NCBI GenBank assembly: GCA_029265615.1
Contig: JAJUIB010000008.1
Coordinates: 40,256-104,255 of the forward strand
Length of the DNA stretch: 64,000 nt
DNA from: Spirochaetota bacterium
GTDB lineage: Bacteria > Spirochaetota > Spirochaetia > Treponematales > Rectinemataceae
Direction: 5' to 3'
Part shown: positions 25,490 through 32,628 of the stretch, piece by piece
Layout of the letters: each line of letters begins with the position of its first letter
How positions within the stretch are numbered: the stretch's first letter is position 1
The notes under the pieces: generated by a model
What the model saw: only the letters and a program-made list of their open reading frames with translations
Told to the model about the DNA's origin: nothing
Databases searched by the model: none
Program-made: the position numbers and the translations under genes

Positions 25490-27418
25490 TTACTGGATAT
25501 GTGGCGGGGGAACGCCCGTTTCGGGATCCCAGCCCATCTCCCGCCAGTAGTTCCGCACCATAGCCTCGATCGGAAGCTCGCGGCCCGCGAGCGGGCCCTG
25601 CGCAAGCGGTGGTCGTCCCGCAATGCGCGGCGGCAGGAGCGTGTCGCGGGGCATGAGGCCCTGCTTCACATTAAACGCCTGTCTGAGGCTCTGGATGCGC
25701 CGCCCCGCCTCCAGGTACTCCGCGGGGCTCCGCGGCTCCCCCGTGGCGGCGTCGAGCATCTCGAAAAGCCTCCAGTTCTGCAGTCCCGTCGTGAGCGCGA
25801 AAAGGCAGCCGCCTGACGCATCGAGCACCTGCTTGAGGAGCGCGCCAGCGACCGATTTAAGCGCCTCCTCGCGCGTGGCCTTGTACTCGTTCTCCTTGAG
25901 ATAGGGGCGGCCGACCTTCGGGGCCCAGGGTACGAACTCCCAAAGGCGCGCGACGTTGTAGTAGGCGGCCGACGAGATGGTGTGCCGCCCCGGCGTCGGG
26001 TCTGCGGCGTAGGCGACGCCCATCATAGGGTCGAAGCGCGGATCGTGCATGCCTGGCTCCTGGCCGCCTACATGTATCGCATATTGTTCACAGCCGCGGC
26101 CGATGCGCTCCGCCGCCTTCTTAACACCGTCGGCGAGCACGGCGCCGAAGCCTTCCCGGCGGGCCATGCGTGCAAGGAGTGTTTCTACCGCGGCGGCGTC
26201 GCCCCAGCGGAGCTCAAGGCCGTCCGTGTCCTTTGTGCCGATGACGCCCGCCTCAAAGCACTCGATGGCGAAGGCGATCGCGGCGCCCGCGGAGATGGTG
26301 TCGAGGCCCGAGCGGTTGCACAGATCGTTGCAGCGGTAGACTGCCTCGAGGTCGTCTGCCATGGCGAGCGGGCCGAAGGCACAACAGGTTTCGTATTCCG
26401 GCTTATGCTGGTGCCTGTCCCCGCCTACGATGCCGCCGCAACCGATGACGCAGGAGTGGCAGTGATACTTGCGCGTCTCCCGCGCGATGATGCGGTCGGG
26501 ATCGAGCGCCCGCAGCCTGCGCTTCCCGTAGTCCACGATGGAGCCCGACCAGTTTTTGAACGGCGAATCCCCGTTCACGGCGCCTGCGAGGTTGTTGAAG
26601 ATGGTGCCCCAGCGGCGCATCACCCCTGCGGACATCATACCGTCGACGGGAATGACCGTCGATGAGCCGAGGAAGCGGCCCATGAGCGGGAGAAGCCGCC
26701 CCGTAAAGAAACGGGGCAGGTTTTGCCGTTTTACTTTTTCGACATAGGCCGCCGCGAGCGCCTTCATCGCCTGCGGGTCGGCGCAAGCGATGCGCGCGTT
26801 GCCCGAAAGGACGAGCGCCTTGAGCTTTTTCGAACCCATGACGGCGCCGACCCCTGACCGCGCGGCGTAGCGGCCTTTGTCGTTCGAAATGCCTGCGATG
26901 AGTGAAAGGGCTTCGCCGGCCGGGCCTATCACGGCGACGGCGGGTTTCTTGCCGCCTGCATGCGCCGCAAGGAGTGCCTCCTCGGCGGCGACCGCATCCA
27001 TGCCCCAGAGCTCGCCCGCCTGCTCGAGGCGGGGGCCGCGCTCGTCCGCCACGAACACAAGGGGCTCCGCCGCGATGCCGGAAAAGAGAATCGCATCCCA
27101 GCCGCAGCGCTTGATCGCCGGTGCGAGGGTGCCTCCGCAGTTGGCGTCGCCCCAGCCGCCCGTGAGCGGGGATTTGCAGGAGACGGACCAGCGTCCCGTC
27201 ATCACCGCCCCCGTCCCCGCAAGAAGGCCGCTTGCGAAGCAGAGCACGTTTTCGGGGCCAAGCGGGTCTGCGCCTGCGGGGATGGCTTCGTAGAGGAGCG
27301 CCGCGGCGAGGCCGAGACCGCCGAGGTAGCGCCGATACAGCTCCTCGGGAAGCATTTCTTCGCGCATGCTCTGCGTTCCAAGATCGACGCGGAGCACCTT
27401 GCCCATAGCCGCGTTCAT
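25490..27418 (-). CDS. aor: Aldehyde:ferredoxin oxidoreductase (tungsten/molybdopterin AOR family)
   Basis: Typical AOR N-terminus GKVLRVDLGTQSMREEMLPEELYRRYLGGLGLAAALLYE; about 640 aa. ATG at 27418 is preceded by GAGGAGG. The upstream ATG at 27442 would overlap the MoaD-like stop. Confidence 0.85.
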   Translation of the reverse strand: MNAAMGKVLRVDLGTQSMREEMLPEELYRRYLGGLGLAAALLYEAIPAGADPLGPENVLCFASGLLAGTGAVMTGRWSVSCKSPLTGGWGDANCGGTLAPAIKRCGWDAILFSGIAAEPLVFVADERGPRLEQAGELWGMDAVAAEEALLAAHAGGKKPAVAVIGPAGEALSLIAGISNDKGRYAARSGVGAVMGSKKLKALVLSGNARIACADPQAMKALAAAYVEKVKRQNLPRFFTGRLLPLMGRFLGSSTVIPVDGMMSAGVMRRWGTIFNNLAGAVNGDSPFKNWSGSIVDYGKRRLRALDPDRIIARETRKYHCHSCVIGCGGIVGGDRHQHKPEYETCCAFGPLAMADDLEAVYRCNDLCNRSGLDTISAGAAIAFAIECFEAGVIGTKDTDGLELRWGDAAAVETLLARMARREGFGAVLADGVKKAAERIGRGCEQYAIHVGGQEPGMHDPRFDPMMGVAYAADPTPGRHTISSAAYYNVARLWEFVPWAPKVGRPYLKENEYKATREEALKSVAGALLKQVLDASGGCLFALTTGLQNWRLFEMLDAATGEPRSPAEYLEAGRRIQSLRQAFNVKQGLMPRDTLLPPRIAGRPPLAQGPLAGRELPIEAMVRNYWREMGWDPETGVPPPHIQ

Positions 27419-27438
27419 AGCCCCTCCTCTTCGTTCGC

Positions 27439-27672
27439 TCATCCGCCCGAAACGAGCGCGAAAAAGCTCACCTCGTCTCCCTCCTTAAGGATGTGCGACA
27501 GGCTGGCCTTTTCATGGTTGACCATGCAAAAAAGGACAAAGCCGCGCCTAAAGGGTAGCTTGAGGCGTTTCATAAGTTCATTGAGGCTCGCTCCCTCGGG
27601 GAGTTCGACATAGCCGTCCTCGTCGATGGCCCCGTAGTCGCCGAAGGGCGGCGGATAGACGCGGATCCTCAC
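27439..27672 (-). CDS. MoaD/ThiS-family ubiquitin-like small protein
   Basis: 77 aa ending in ...FFALVSGG (C-terminal Gly-Gly). It ends 20 nt upstream of the AOR start. Confidence 0.65.
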   Translation of the reverse strand: MRIRVYPPPFGDYGAIDEDGYVELPEGASLNELMKRLKLPFRRGFVLFCMVNHEKASLSHILKEGDEVSFFALVSGG

Positions 27673-27808
27673 GGTCTTCCTTCTGCGGGCGGAAAGCCCC
27701 TTTCTGCGCAGTCCCTACAGTGCGGCCGGAAAGCCGCCTCTGTCAATGGAAAAATATCCGCATAGAAGGCTTTGCGCGAAGCGCGTGGGGCGGGTATGAT
27801 GGCGCATC

Positions 27809-28957
27809 ATGGAGAGCGGCGTTGAGCTCACAATCGAAAAGCTGGTGGCGGGCGGGGACGGCCTTGCCTTTTACGAGGGGCGCGCCGTATTCGTGCCATT
27901 TGCGCTACCTGGCGAGCGCGTGCGCGCCGTGGTGCGCGCGGGGCGTCGCGATTACGCGACGGCGGAGCTCCGGAGCGTCATCGAAGCGTCGCCGCACCGT
28001 GTCGAGCCGCCCTGCCCGGTCTACGGCGAGTGCGGCGGATGCAACCTCCAGCATCTCGCCTACCCCCGCCAGGTCGAGGAGAAGGCCGCCATCGTCGCCG
28101 AAGCCTTTCGCCGCACCGCGCGGCTCGATCCAGGCGAAGTTGCCGCCGTCCCCTCGCTCCCGTTCGCGTATCGCAACCGGCTTCAGCTACACCTCACGGC
28201 ATCGGGCGAGCTCGGCTTCATGCGGCGCTCCTCCAACACCGTGGTCGCTGCGCCCACCTGTCCGGTCGCGGTGAAGGCGATCCAGGCCTGGATCGAGGAA
28301 CGTGCAGGCGGCGCGCGGGCGAAGGAGGAGCTTGGGAGATTCATCGTCGGAAAAGACCGCTTTCTCGCCTTCGGTCTCGGCGAGCGAGTGTATCTCGAGG
28401 GGCGGGACGGCCTCATTTCCGCCCCTGTCGCGGGCAAAGAATTCGCCTTCCATATCAAGGGATTTTTTCAGAGCAATCTCTACCTCCTTGATTTTTTCGT
28501 GCCCGACGTCGTCCGGGATTTGGTCGGGGCGCGGGTCGCCGATCTCTACTCTGGTGTGGGTTTGTTTTCGAGCTTTCTCGCCGATCGCTTTGAGTCGGTC
28601 GTTTCGGTCGAACACAATCCTTACGCCCTCGAGCTTGCGCGGCGCAACGCGCCCGGAGCCGCTGCCGAGTACCATGCTCTTTCCGTGGAGGACTGGACAC
28701 GGAGCGAGTCCGCCCGCCGTCCCTTCGACTGTGTCCTCGTCGATCCGCCGCGCGCGGGGCTTTCGGGCGAGGTGCGCGCCTGGCTTGCGCGTGCGCGGCC
28801 GCCGCTCATTGTCTATGTGTCCTGTGACCCCGTCACCCTTGCCCGCGATGCAGGCGAGCTTGTCGCATCGGGTTACGCGCTCGAATCCCTCAAAGCCTTC
28901 GATTTCTATCCGCAGACGAGCCACGTGGAGTGCCATGCGCGGTTTCGCCTTTGCTAG
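27809..28957 (+). CDS. RumA/TrmA-family 23S rRNA (uracil-5)-methyltransferase with TRAM domain and Fe-S Cys cluster
   Basis: TRAM-like LTIEKLVAGGDGLAFYEGRAVFVPFALPGERV. Cys cluster CPVYGECGGCNLQH. SAM/catalytic motifs DLYSGVGLF and VDPPRAGL. Confidence 0.8.
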   Translation: MESGVELTIEKLVAGGDGLAFYEGRAVFVPFALPGERVRAVVRAGRRDYATAELRSVIEASPHRVEPPCPVYGECGGCNLQHLAYPRQVEEKAAIVAEAFRRTARLDPGEVAAVPSLPFAYRNRLQLHLTASGELGFMRRSSNTVVAAPTCPVAVKAIQAWIEERAGGARAKEELGRFIVGKDRFLAFGLGERVYLEGRDGLISAPVAGKEFAFHIKGFFQSNLYLLDFFVPDVVRDLVGARVADLYSGVGLFSSFLADRFESVVSVEHNPYALELARRNAPGAAAEYHALSVEDWTRSESARRPFDCVLVDPPRAGLSGEVRAWLARARPPLIVYVSCDPVTLARDAGELVASGYALESLKAFDFYPQTSHVECHARFRLC

Positions 28958-30749
28958 GCGCGCGGGGCGCGCGCGGATCGCCGTATGCGCGCTTACCTGC
29001 GCGGCGGCGTTTTTCGCGCCGCCTCTGCCATCGCGTCATCTTGCGGCGGAGGGGCTTGAGCCCGCCTTCCGCCTTCCCGTCGGAGGGAAGCCCCTTGCGC
29101 CCCCCCTTGTGGATGCGCGCCTCGCGCCGCCCGCCGCCTGGCTCCTTTCCGAGGATCGCTCGCTCTACGCGCTTGGCGAGAACGGCGCGCTCCTTGCCAA
29201 AATCCCCCTTGCGGCGCGGCCGCTTCCCCTCCTTGGCCTCGATCCCTTCGGTCGGGCGCTCGTTGCCTTCGAGCTTCCAGCCTCTGCATCCGGCCGCGCC
29301 CAGCTTATCGCCTACACGCGGAGCGGCCGCGAGGCCTACCGCGCGGCCCTGCCCGAGCCGCCGCGCTTTCCACCCGTGTTCGGCGCTGATGGCCGTAGCT
29401 TCGTCGTGGCGGGCAGGCATCTTGTCGTTCTTTCGCCCCAAGGCCTTCTCCTTTCGCGGCTTGAGCTCCCCGCAGAGGCGCAGTGCGCGCCCGCGGTCGA
29501 TGGCGCAGGGCGGGCCGCGCTCGGGCTTGCCGACGGAAGCGTCCTTGTCGCAAGTCCCTATGGCGAGCTCGTCTATCGCGCTCCGATTGGCGCGCAGGTT
29601 GTATGTCTTTCGGCTTTCGGCGAGGCGAGCTATCGCGAGCTTTCCCGCGCCCAGGAAGCGTCGCGCGCCGGGATGCCCCTCCTCGCGGCGGGGCTCGAAG
29701 ACGGCCGGGTCCTCCTCATCGGGGCGACTGCGCGCGACCTTGTCTCTGTCGCGCCGCCGGGCGGATCGGGCGATGCGGTGGTTTCGCTCGCCTCCGACGG
29801 GGCGGTGCTGTATGGGCTTACCGCCGGGGGGAGCGCCTTCGCCCTCGCGGGGGCGGGGACGCGCCTTTGGAAGACCGACACGGCGCTTGTGCGCGGCCGC
29901 ATCGAGCTGTACGCCGAGCGCCTCGTTGCGACGGGGCGGGGCGGCGCCGTCTCCCTTTCGCGCGCGGGGGAGCTGTTCCGCGAGGCCCGCATCGCGAACG
30001 CAGCCGCAGGCGGCGCGGTTTCGCCCGGCGGACTCCTCTTTTCGCCTGGCGAGGACTGGGTCCTTGCCGCCTATCGCTTCGAGCGCCCCCTTGGCCCTCC
30101 CCGCCGCACCGCGCCGCCACCCTATGGGGCCGACGAGACGAGCCTTGAACTCGCACGGCTCTACGATCCGGCCATCGGCGATGCCGACCGTCAGCTCGCA
30201 CTGCTTTCCGGCTACGAACGCCTTCTCGATGAAGGCATGCTTGGCGCCGAGGAGCCCAAGGCGGCGGCGCTCGCGGCGGCGATGCTTCGAGGTGCCCTTC
30301 TGGCGGACCTGCCCCAGGCCGAGCGCCGTTTCCGCGGCAACCCCTTGCCGCGGGCACGCGCCGCCTGGTTCCTCGGGCGGCTCGGTTCGCCCGAAGGCCG
30401 GGGGCCGCTCATCGAGGCCCTCGAGGCGGATGAAGATCCCGCGGTTCGCGCCGCCGCCTGCGAGGCGCTTGCGGAGATCGCCCTCGACCCCGACGGTGCG
30501 GTGGGTGAGGCGTTTTTGCGGACGGTGCGCGGCAAGAGCGGCGCAGGTCCGGGTTCCGGGCCCCTCGACGAGCGCGCGGCGCTCGCGCTCATCGCGGCGG
30601 TCGAGCGTATGGCGCTCCGCTCGGGGGCGCCGCCTTCCGCGGATGCGGTGCGCGCGCTCCTTTCCCTCGCCGCAAAGCCCTACGGGGCCGAGCTCCGGAG
30701 CCGTGCGAGCCGTGCCCTCGGACGCATCGCCGGCTCGGTTGCCCCCTGA
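28935..30749 (+). CDS. Secreted protein: PQQ/BamB-like beta-propeller-type repeats fused to C-terminal HEAT (PBS-lyase-type) repeats
   Basis: In-frame ATG at 28935 gives MRGFAFARRAGRARIAVCALTCAAAFFAPPL (signal-like). Repeats LYALGENGALLAKIPL, VLVASPYGELVYRAPIG, VLYGLTAGGSAFALAG. HEAT-like RARAAWFLGRLGSPEGRGPLIEALEADEDPAVRAAACEALAEIA. The ORF-track start at 28302 overlaps the RumA gene out of frame. Confidence 0.6.
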   Translation: MRGFAFARRAGRARIAVCALTCAAAFFAPPLPSRHLAAEGLEPAFRLPVGGKPLAPPLVDARLAPPAAWLLSEDRSLYALGENGALLAKIPLAARPLPLLGLDPFGRALVAFELPASASGRAQLIAYTRSGREAYRAALPEPPRFPPVFGADGRSFVVAGRHLVVLSPQGLLLSRLELPAEAQCAPAVDGAGRAALGLADGSVLVASPYGELVYRAPIGAQVVCLSAFGEASYRELSRAQEASRAGMPLLAAGLEDGRVLLIGATARDLVSVAPPGGSGDAVVSLASDGAVLYGLTAGGSAFALAGAGTRLWKTDTALVRGRIELYAERLVATGRGGAVSLSRAGELFREARIANAAAGGAVSPGGLLFSPGEDWVLAAYRFERPLGPPRRTAPPPYGADETSLELARLYDPAIGDADRQLALLSGYERLLDEGMLGAEEPKAAALAAAMLRGALLADLPQAERRFRGNPLPRARAAWFLGRLGSPEGRGPLIEALEADEDPAVRAAACEALAEIALDPDGAVGEAFLRTVRGKSGAGPGSGPLDERAALALIAAVERMALRSGAPPSADAVRALLSLAAKPYGAELRSRASRALGRIAGSVAP

Positions 30750-30776
30750 TCGGGCCGGTTTCGCGCGCGGCCGGGC

Positions 30777-30805
30777 TTGGCCTCCGGCCGCGCCTGGCCT
30801 ATACT
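30777..30805 (+). promoter_or_regulatory. Candidate promoter (TTGGCC-N17-TATACT) for the 30858 gene
   Basis: Hexamers read directly from the sequence, about 50 nt upstream of the GAAGGAGG RBS and GTG start. Confidence 0.4.
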
Positions 30806-30857
30806 CTAGTACGAGCGCGCGGATTCCCTTGGGGGGACCGCGGCCGAAGGAGGCATC

Positions 30858-32576
30858 GTGAAGCGCAGCATACTTGCACGGGGCTTTCCCGCCCTCCTCC
30901 TTGCCGCCTTTCTCCTCCCGGCGGCTGTAAGCGCCCAGACGCAGTCCGCACCCCCGCCTCTTTCCATTGACCGTGGCGAGCTTGAGGCGACCAAGGACGA
31001 GAAGATCGTCTTTGTGAACTACGAGGGACCCCAATCGCGGATCGACAGCCTCGCCGCGATCAAAGGCATCGGCTCCTCGCTCGGCCGGGCGATGCCGAAT
31101 ATCGCTGCGGGAGCGGCCCGCGCTGGCGGTGGCCGCTATGCCGTAATCCGCGCCGTCGACCCTGCCGTCACCGAGGGCTTCGAGGCGGATATCATCGTCG
31201 TCGGCGCCGATGCCGAGGTCGATCACGTGCGCAACCTCCGCTGGATCATCGCCGGATACCTCTCCGCCGCCTGGGACTATGCGGAAAAAGACGCCTATCT
31301 CCTTGCGACCTTCATCACCGTCTACAACGCCGTGCATCGCGGCGAGCTTGCGTACTTTGGCTCGCGCTATAAGGCTGTGGTCATGAAGGAGCTTTCCGCT
31401 GATAACGCGGGCCTTTCGCGGCGCTACGACGAGTGGCCGGGAAAGTCGCGCATCGTCATACCCCTTTCCCGTGGCGCGCGGCCAGGTTCACTTGGCGCGG
31501 TTGATACCGGCCTTGTCGCCGACAGGCAGGTGGTCGAAAGCCTCCGCGGCGAGCCCGGAAAGGGCGTTGAGGAGCGTCAGGCGCTCGTCGAGCTCAAGGA
31601 GCGCGAGGCCGAAGAGAAAAAGGCCGAAGCCGCAAAGGCAGAAGGTGTAGCCGCGGCCGACCGCCGCACCGCCGCCGAGGAAGCCGCCAAGGCGGCGGCC
31701 GCCGCCGATGCCGCTGCCTTGTCCGCCGCAAAGGCCGCCGAGGACAAGGCCGCCGCCGAGACTGCCCGCGCCGAGGCCGATCGCGCCGCAGGCGCGGGGC
31801 AGAGCGCCGAGCTTGTCGCCCAGAAAGAGGCCGAGGCTGCCGCCGCCGAGCAGCGCGCCACGGCATCGGCCGAGGAGGCGGAAGCCGCACAAGCCGCCGC
31901 CGCGGCGGCCGCGGATAAGGCTGCCGCGGCCGAGAAGACAGCCGCGGAATCCACGCAGGCCGCAGAAGCCGCTAAGGAAGTCGCCGCGGCGAAAGAGGCT
32001 GAAGCGGCGAGCGAGCGCAAGGAGGTCGCCGCCGACCAGAAGGCGCTCATCGCCGAAGAGGTCGCCACTAAACAGAAAGGCGAGGCGGCGGGCATCTATC
32101 TCTTCGAATCGGACACGCTTCAGCCGCTTTCCCGGATTGTCTTCGTCGATACCGATACGGGGAAGCGCATCCGCGCCTCGACCCTCAATACGATCCGCCA
32201 TCGGGCGCTCATCGACTCAGTCGATCGCTACGTTGCCGTTGCAGGCAAGGAGGGCGGCTCGGGCGCCGTCCGCCTTGTCGCCCTCGACAAGGCGAGCCTT
32301 ACCCAGGTTGCCGAGGGGAAGACCGACCTCTTCGCGGACAGCGCCCTGTGGAAGTTCGGCGACGCCTATTATGCGGTCGCCAAGGCCGAAGGGGGTGTGT
32401 TCCGGCTTGTGCGCTTTGATGCGGCGCTCGCCGAGACGGCGAGCTCGGCCGTCGCGGTCAACCCCTACACCTCGCTCGTCGAGGGTGCCGGCGGACTCGT
32501 TGTCCAATCCGCTAAAGGAGGCTTCCTCGTCCTTTCCAAGGACAAGCTTGAGCGGATCAAGGACCTTGCGCAATAA
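30858..32576 (+). CDS. Secreted protein with a central Ala/Glu/Lys coiled-coil (possibly a P83/100-antigen-like family member)
   Basis: GTG at 30858 preceded by GAAGGAGG. Signal peptide MKRSILARGFPALLLAAFLLPAAVSAQ. A ~170-aa AEAAKAAE-type low-complexity coil is flanked by globular N- and C-terminal domains. The family guess is from memory only. Confidence 0.65.
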   Translation: MKRSILARGFPALLLAAFLLPAAVSAQTQSAPPPLSIDRGELEATKDEKIVFVNYEGPQSRIDSLAAIKGIGSSLGRAMPNIAAGAARAGGGRYAVIRAVDPAVTEGFEADIIVVGADAEVDHVRNLRWIIAGYLSAAWDYAEKDAYLLATFITVYNAVHRGELAYFGSRYKAVVMKELSADNAGLSRRYDEWPGKSRIVIPLSRGARPGSLGAVDTGLVADRQVVESLRGEPGKGVEERQALVELKEREAEEKKAEAAKAEGVAAADRRTAAEEAAKAAAAADAAALSAAKAAEDKAAAETARAEADRAAGAGQSAELVAQKEAEAAAAEQRATASAEEAEAAQAAAAAAADKAAAAEKTAAESTQAAEAAKEVAAAKEAEAASERKEVAADQKALIAEEVATKQKGEAAGIYLFESDTLQPLSRIVFVDTDTGKRIRASTLNTIRHRALIDSVDRYVAVAGKEGGSGAVRLVALDKASLTQVAEGKTDLFADSALWKFGDAYYAVAKAEGGVFRLVRFDAALAETASSAVAVNPYTSLVEGAGGLVVQSAKGGFLVLSKDKLERIKDLAQ

Positions 32577-32585
32577 ACACGAAGG

Positions 32586-32615
32586 CGGCGGGCTTGATGC
32601 CCGCCGTTTTTGTTT
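32586..32615 (+). terminator. Intrinsic terminator/attenuator hairpin 13 nt upstream of the pyrBI start codon
   Basis: CGGCGGGC-ttgat-GCCCGCCG-TTTTTGTTT. It begins 9 nt after the upstream stop codon and ends just before the GAGGAGG RBS of pyrBI. Confidence 0.6.
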
Positions 32616-32628
32616 GAGGAGGAGCAGC

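Noticed and set aside
28302-28934. Upstream 211 codons of the 28302-30749 ORF. The analogous upstream extensions are 35435-35743 (TetR), 36487-36573 (lipA), 24407-24460 (pdxA) and 47705-47866 (dxs).
   Set aside because: Each extension overlaps a well-supported neighbouring gene or lacks an RBS. An internal start with a good RBS or an overlap-coupling signal gives the conserved N-terminus.
28890-31337. 815-aa ORF on the minus strand, antisense to the propeller/HEAT gene and the start of the coiled-coil gene
   Set aside because: Its translation is an Arg/Gly/Pro/Ala-rich low-complexity string with no motifs. It fully overlaps plus-strand genes that have RBSs, signal peptides and recognisable repeats. 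Long antisense ORFs are expected in high-GC DNA because stop codons are AT-rich.
31708-32628. Long N-terminal extension of the pyrBI ORF (Pro/Arg-rich, 307 codons) overlapping the coiled-coil gene. Three minus-strand ORFs lie in the same 31.5-32.2 kb region.
   Set aside because: All arise from the gcc/gcg/gag low-complexity DNA that encodes the Ala/Glu coil. The real pyrBI start at 32629 has a GAGGAGG RBS and follows a terminator hairpin.
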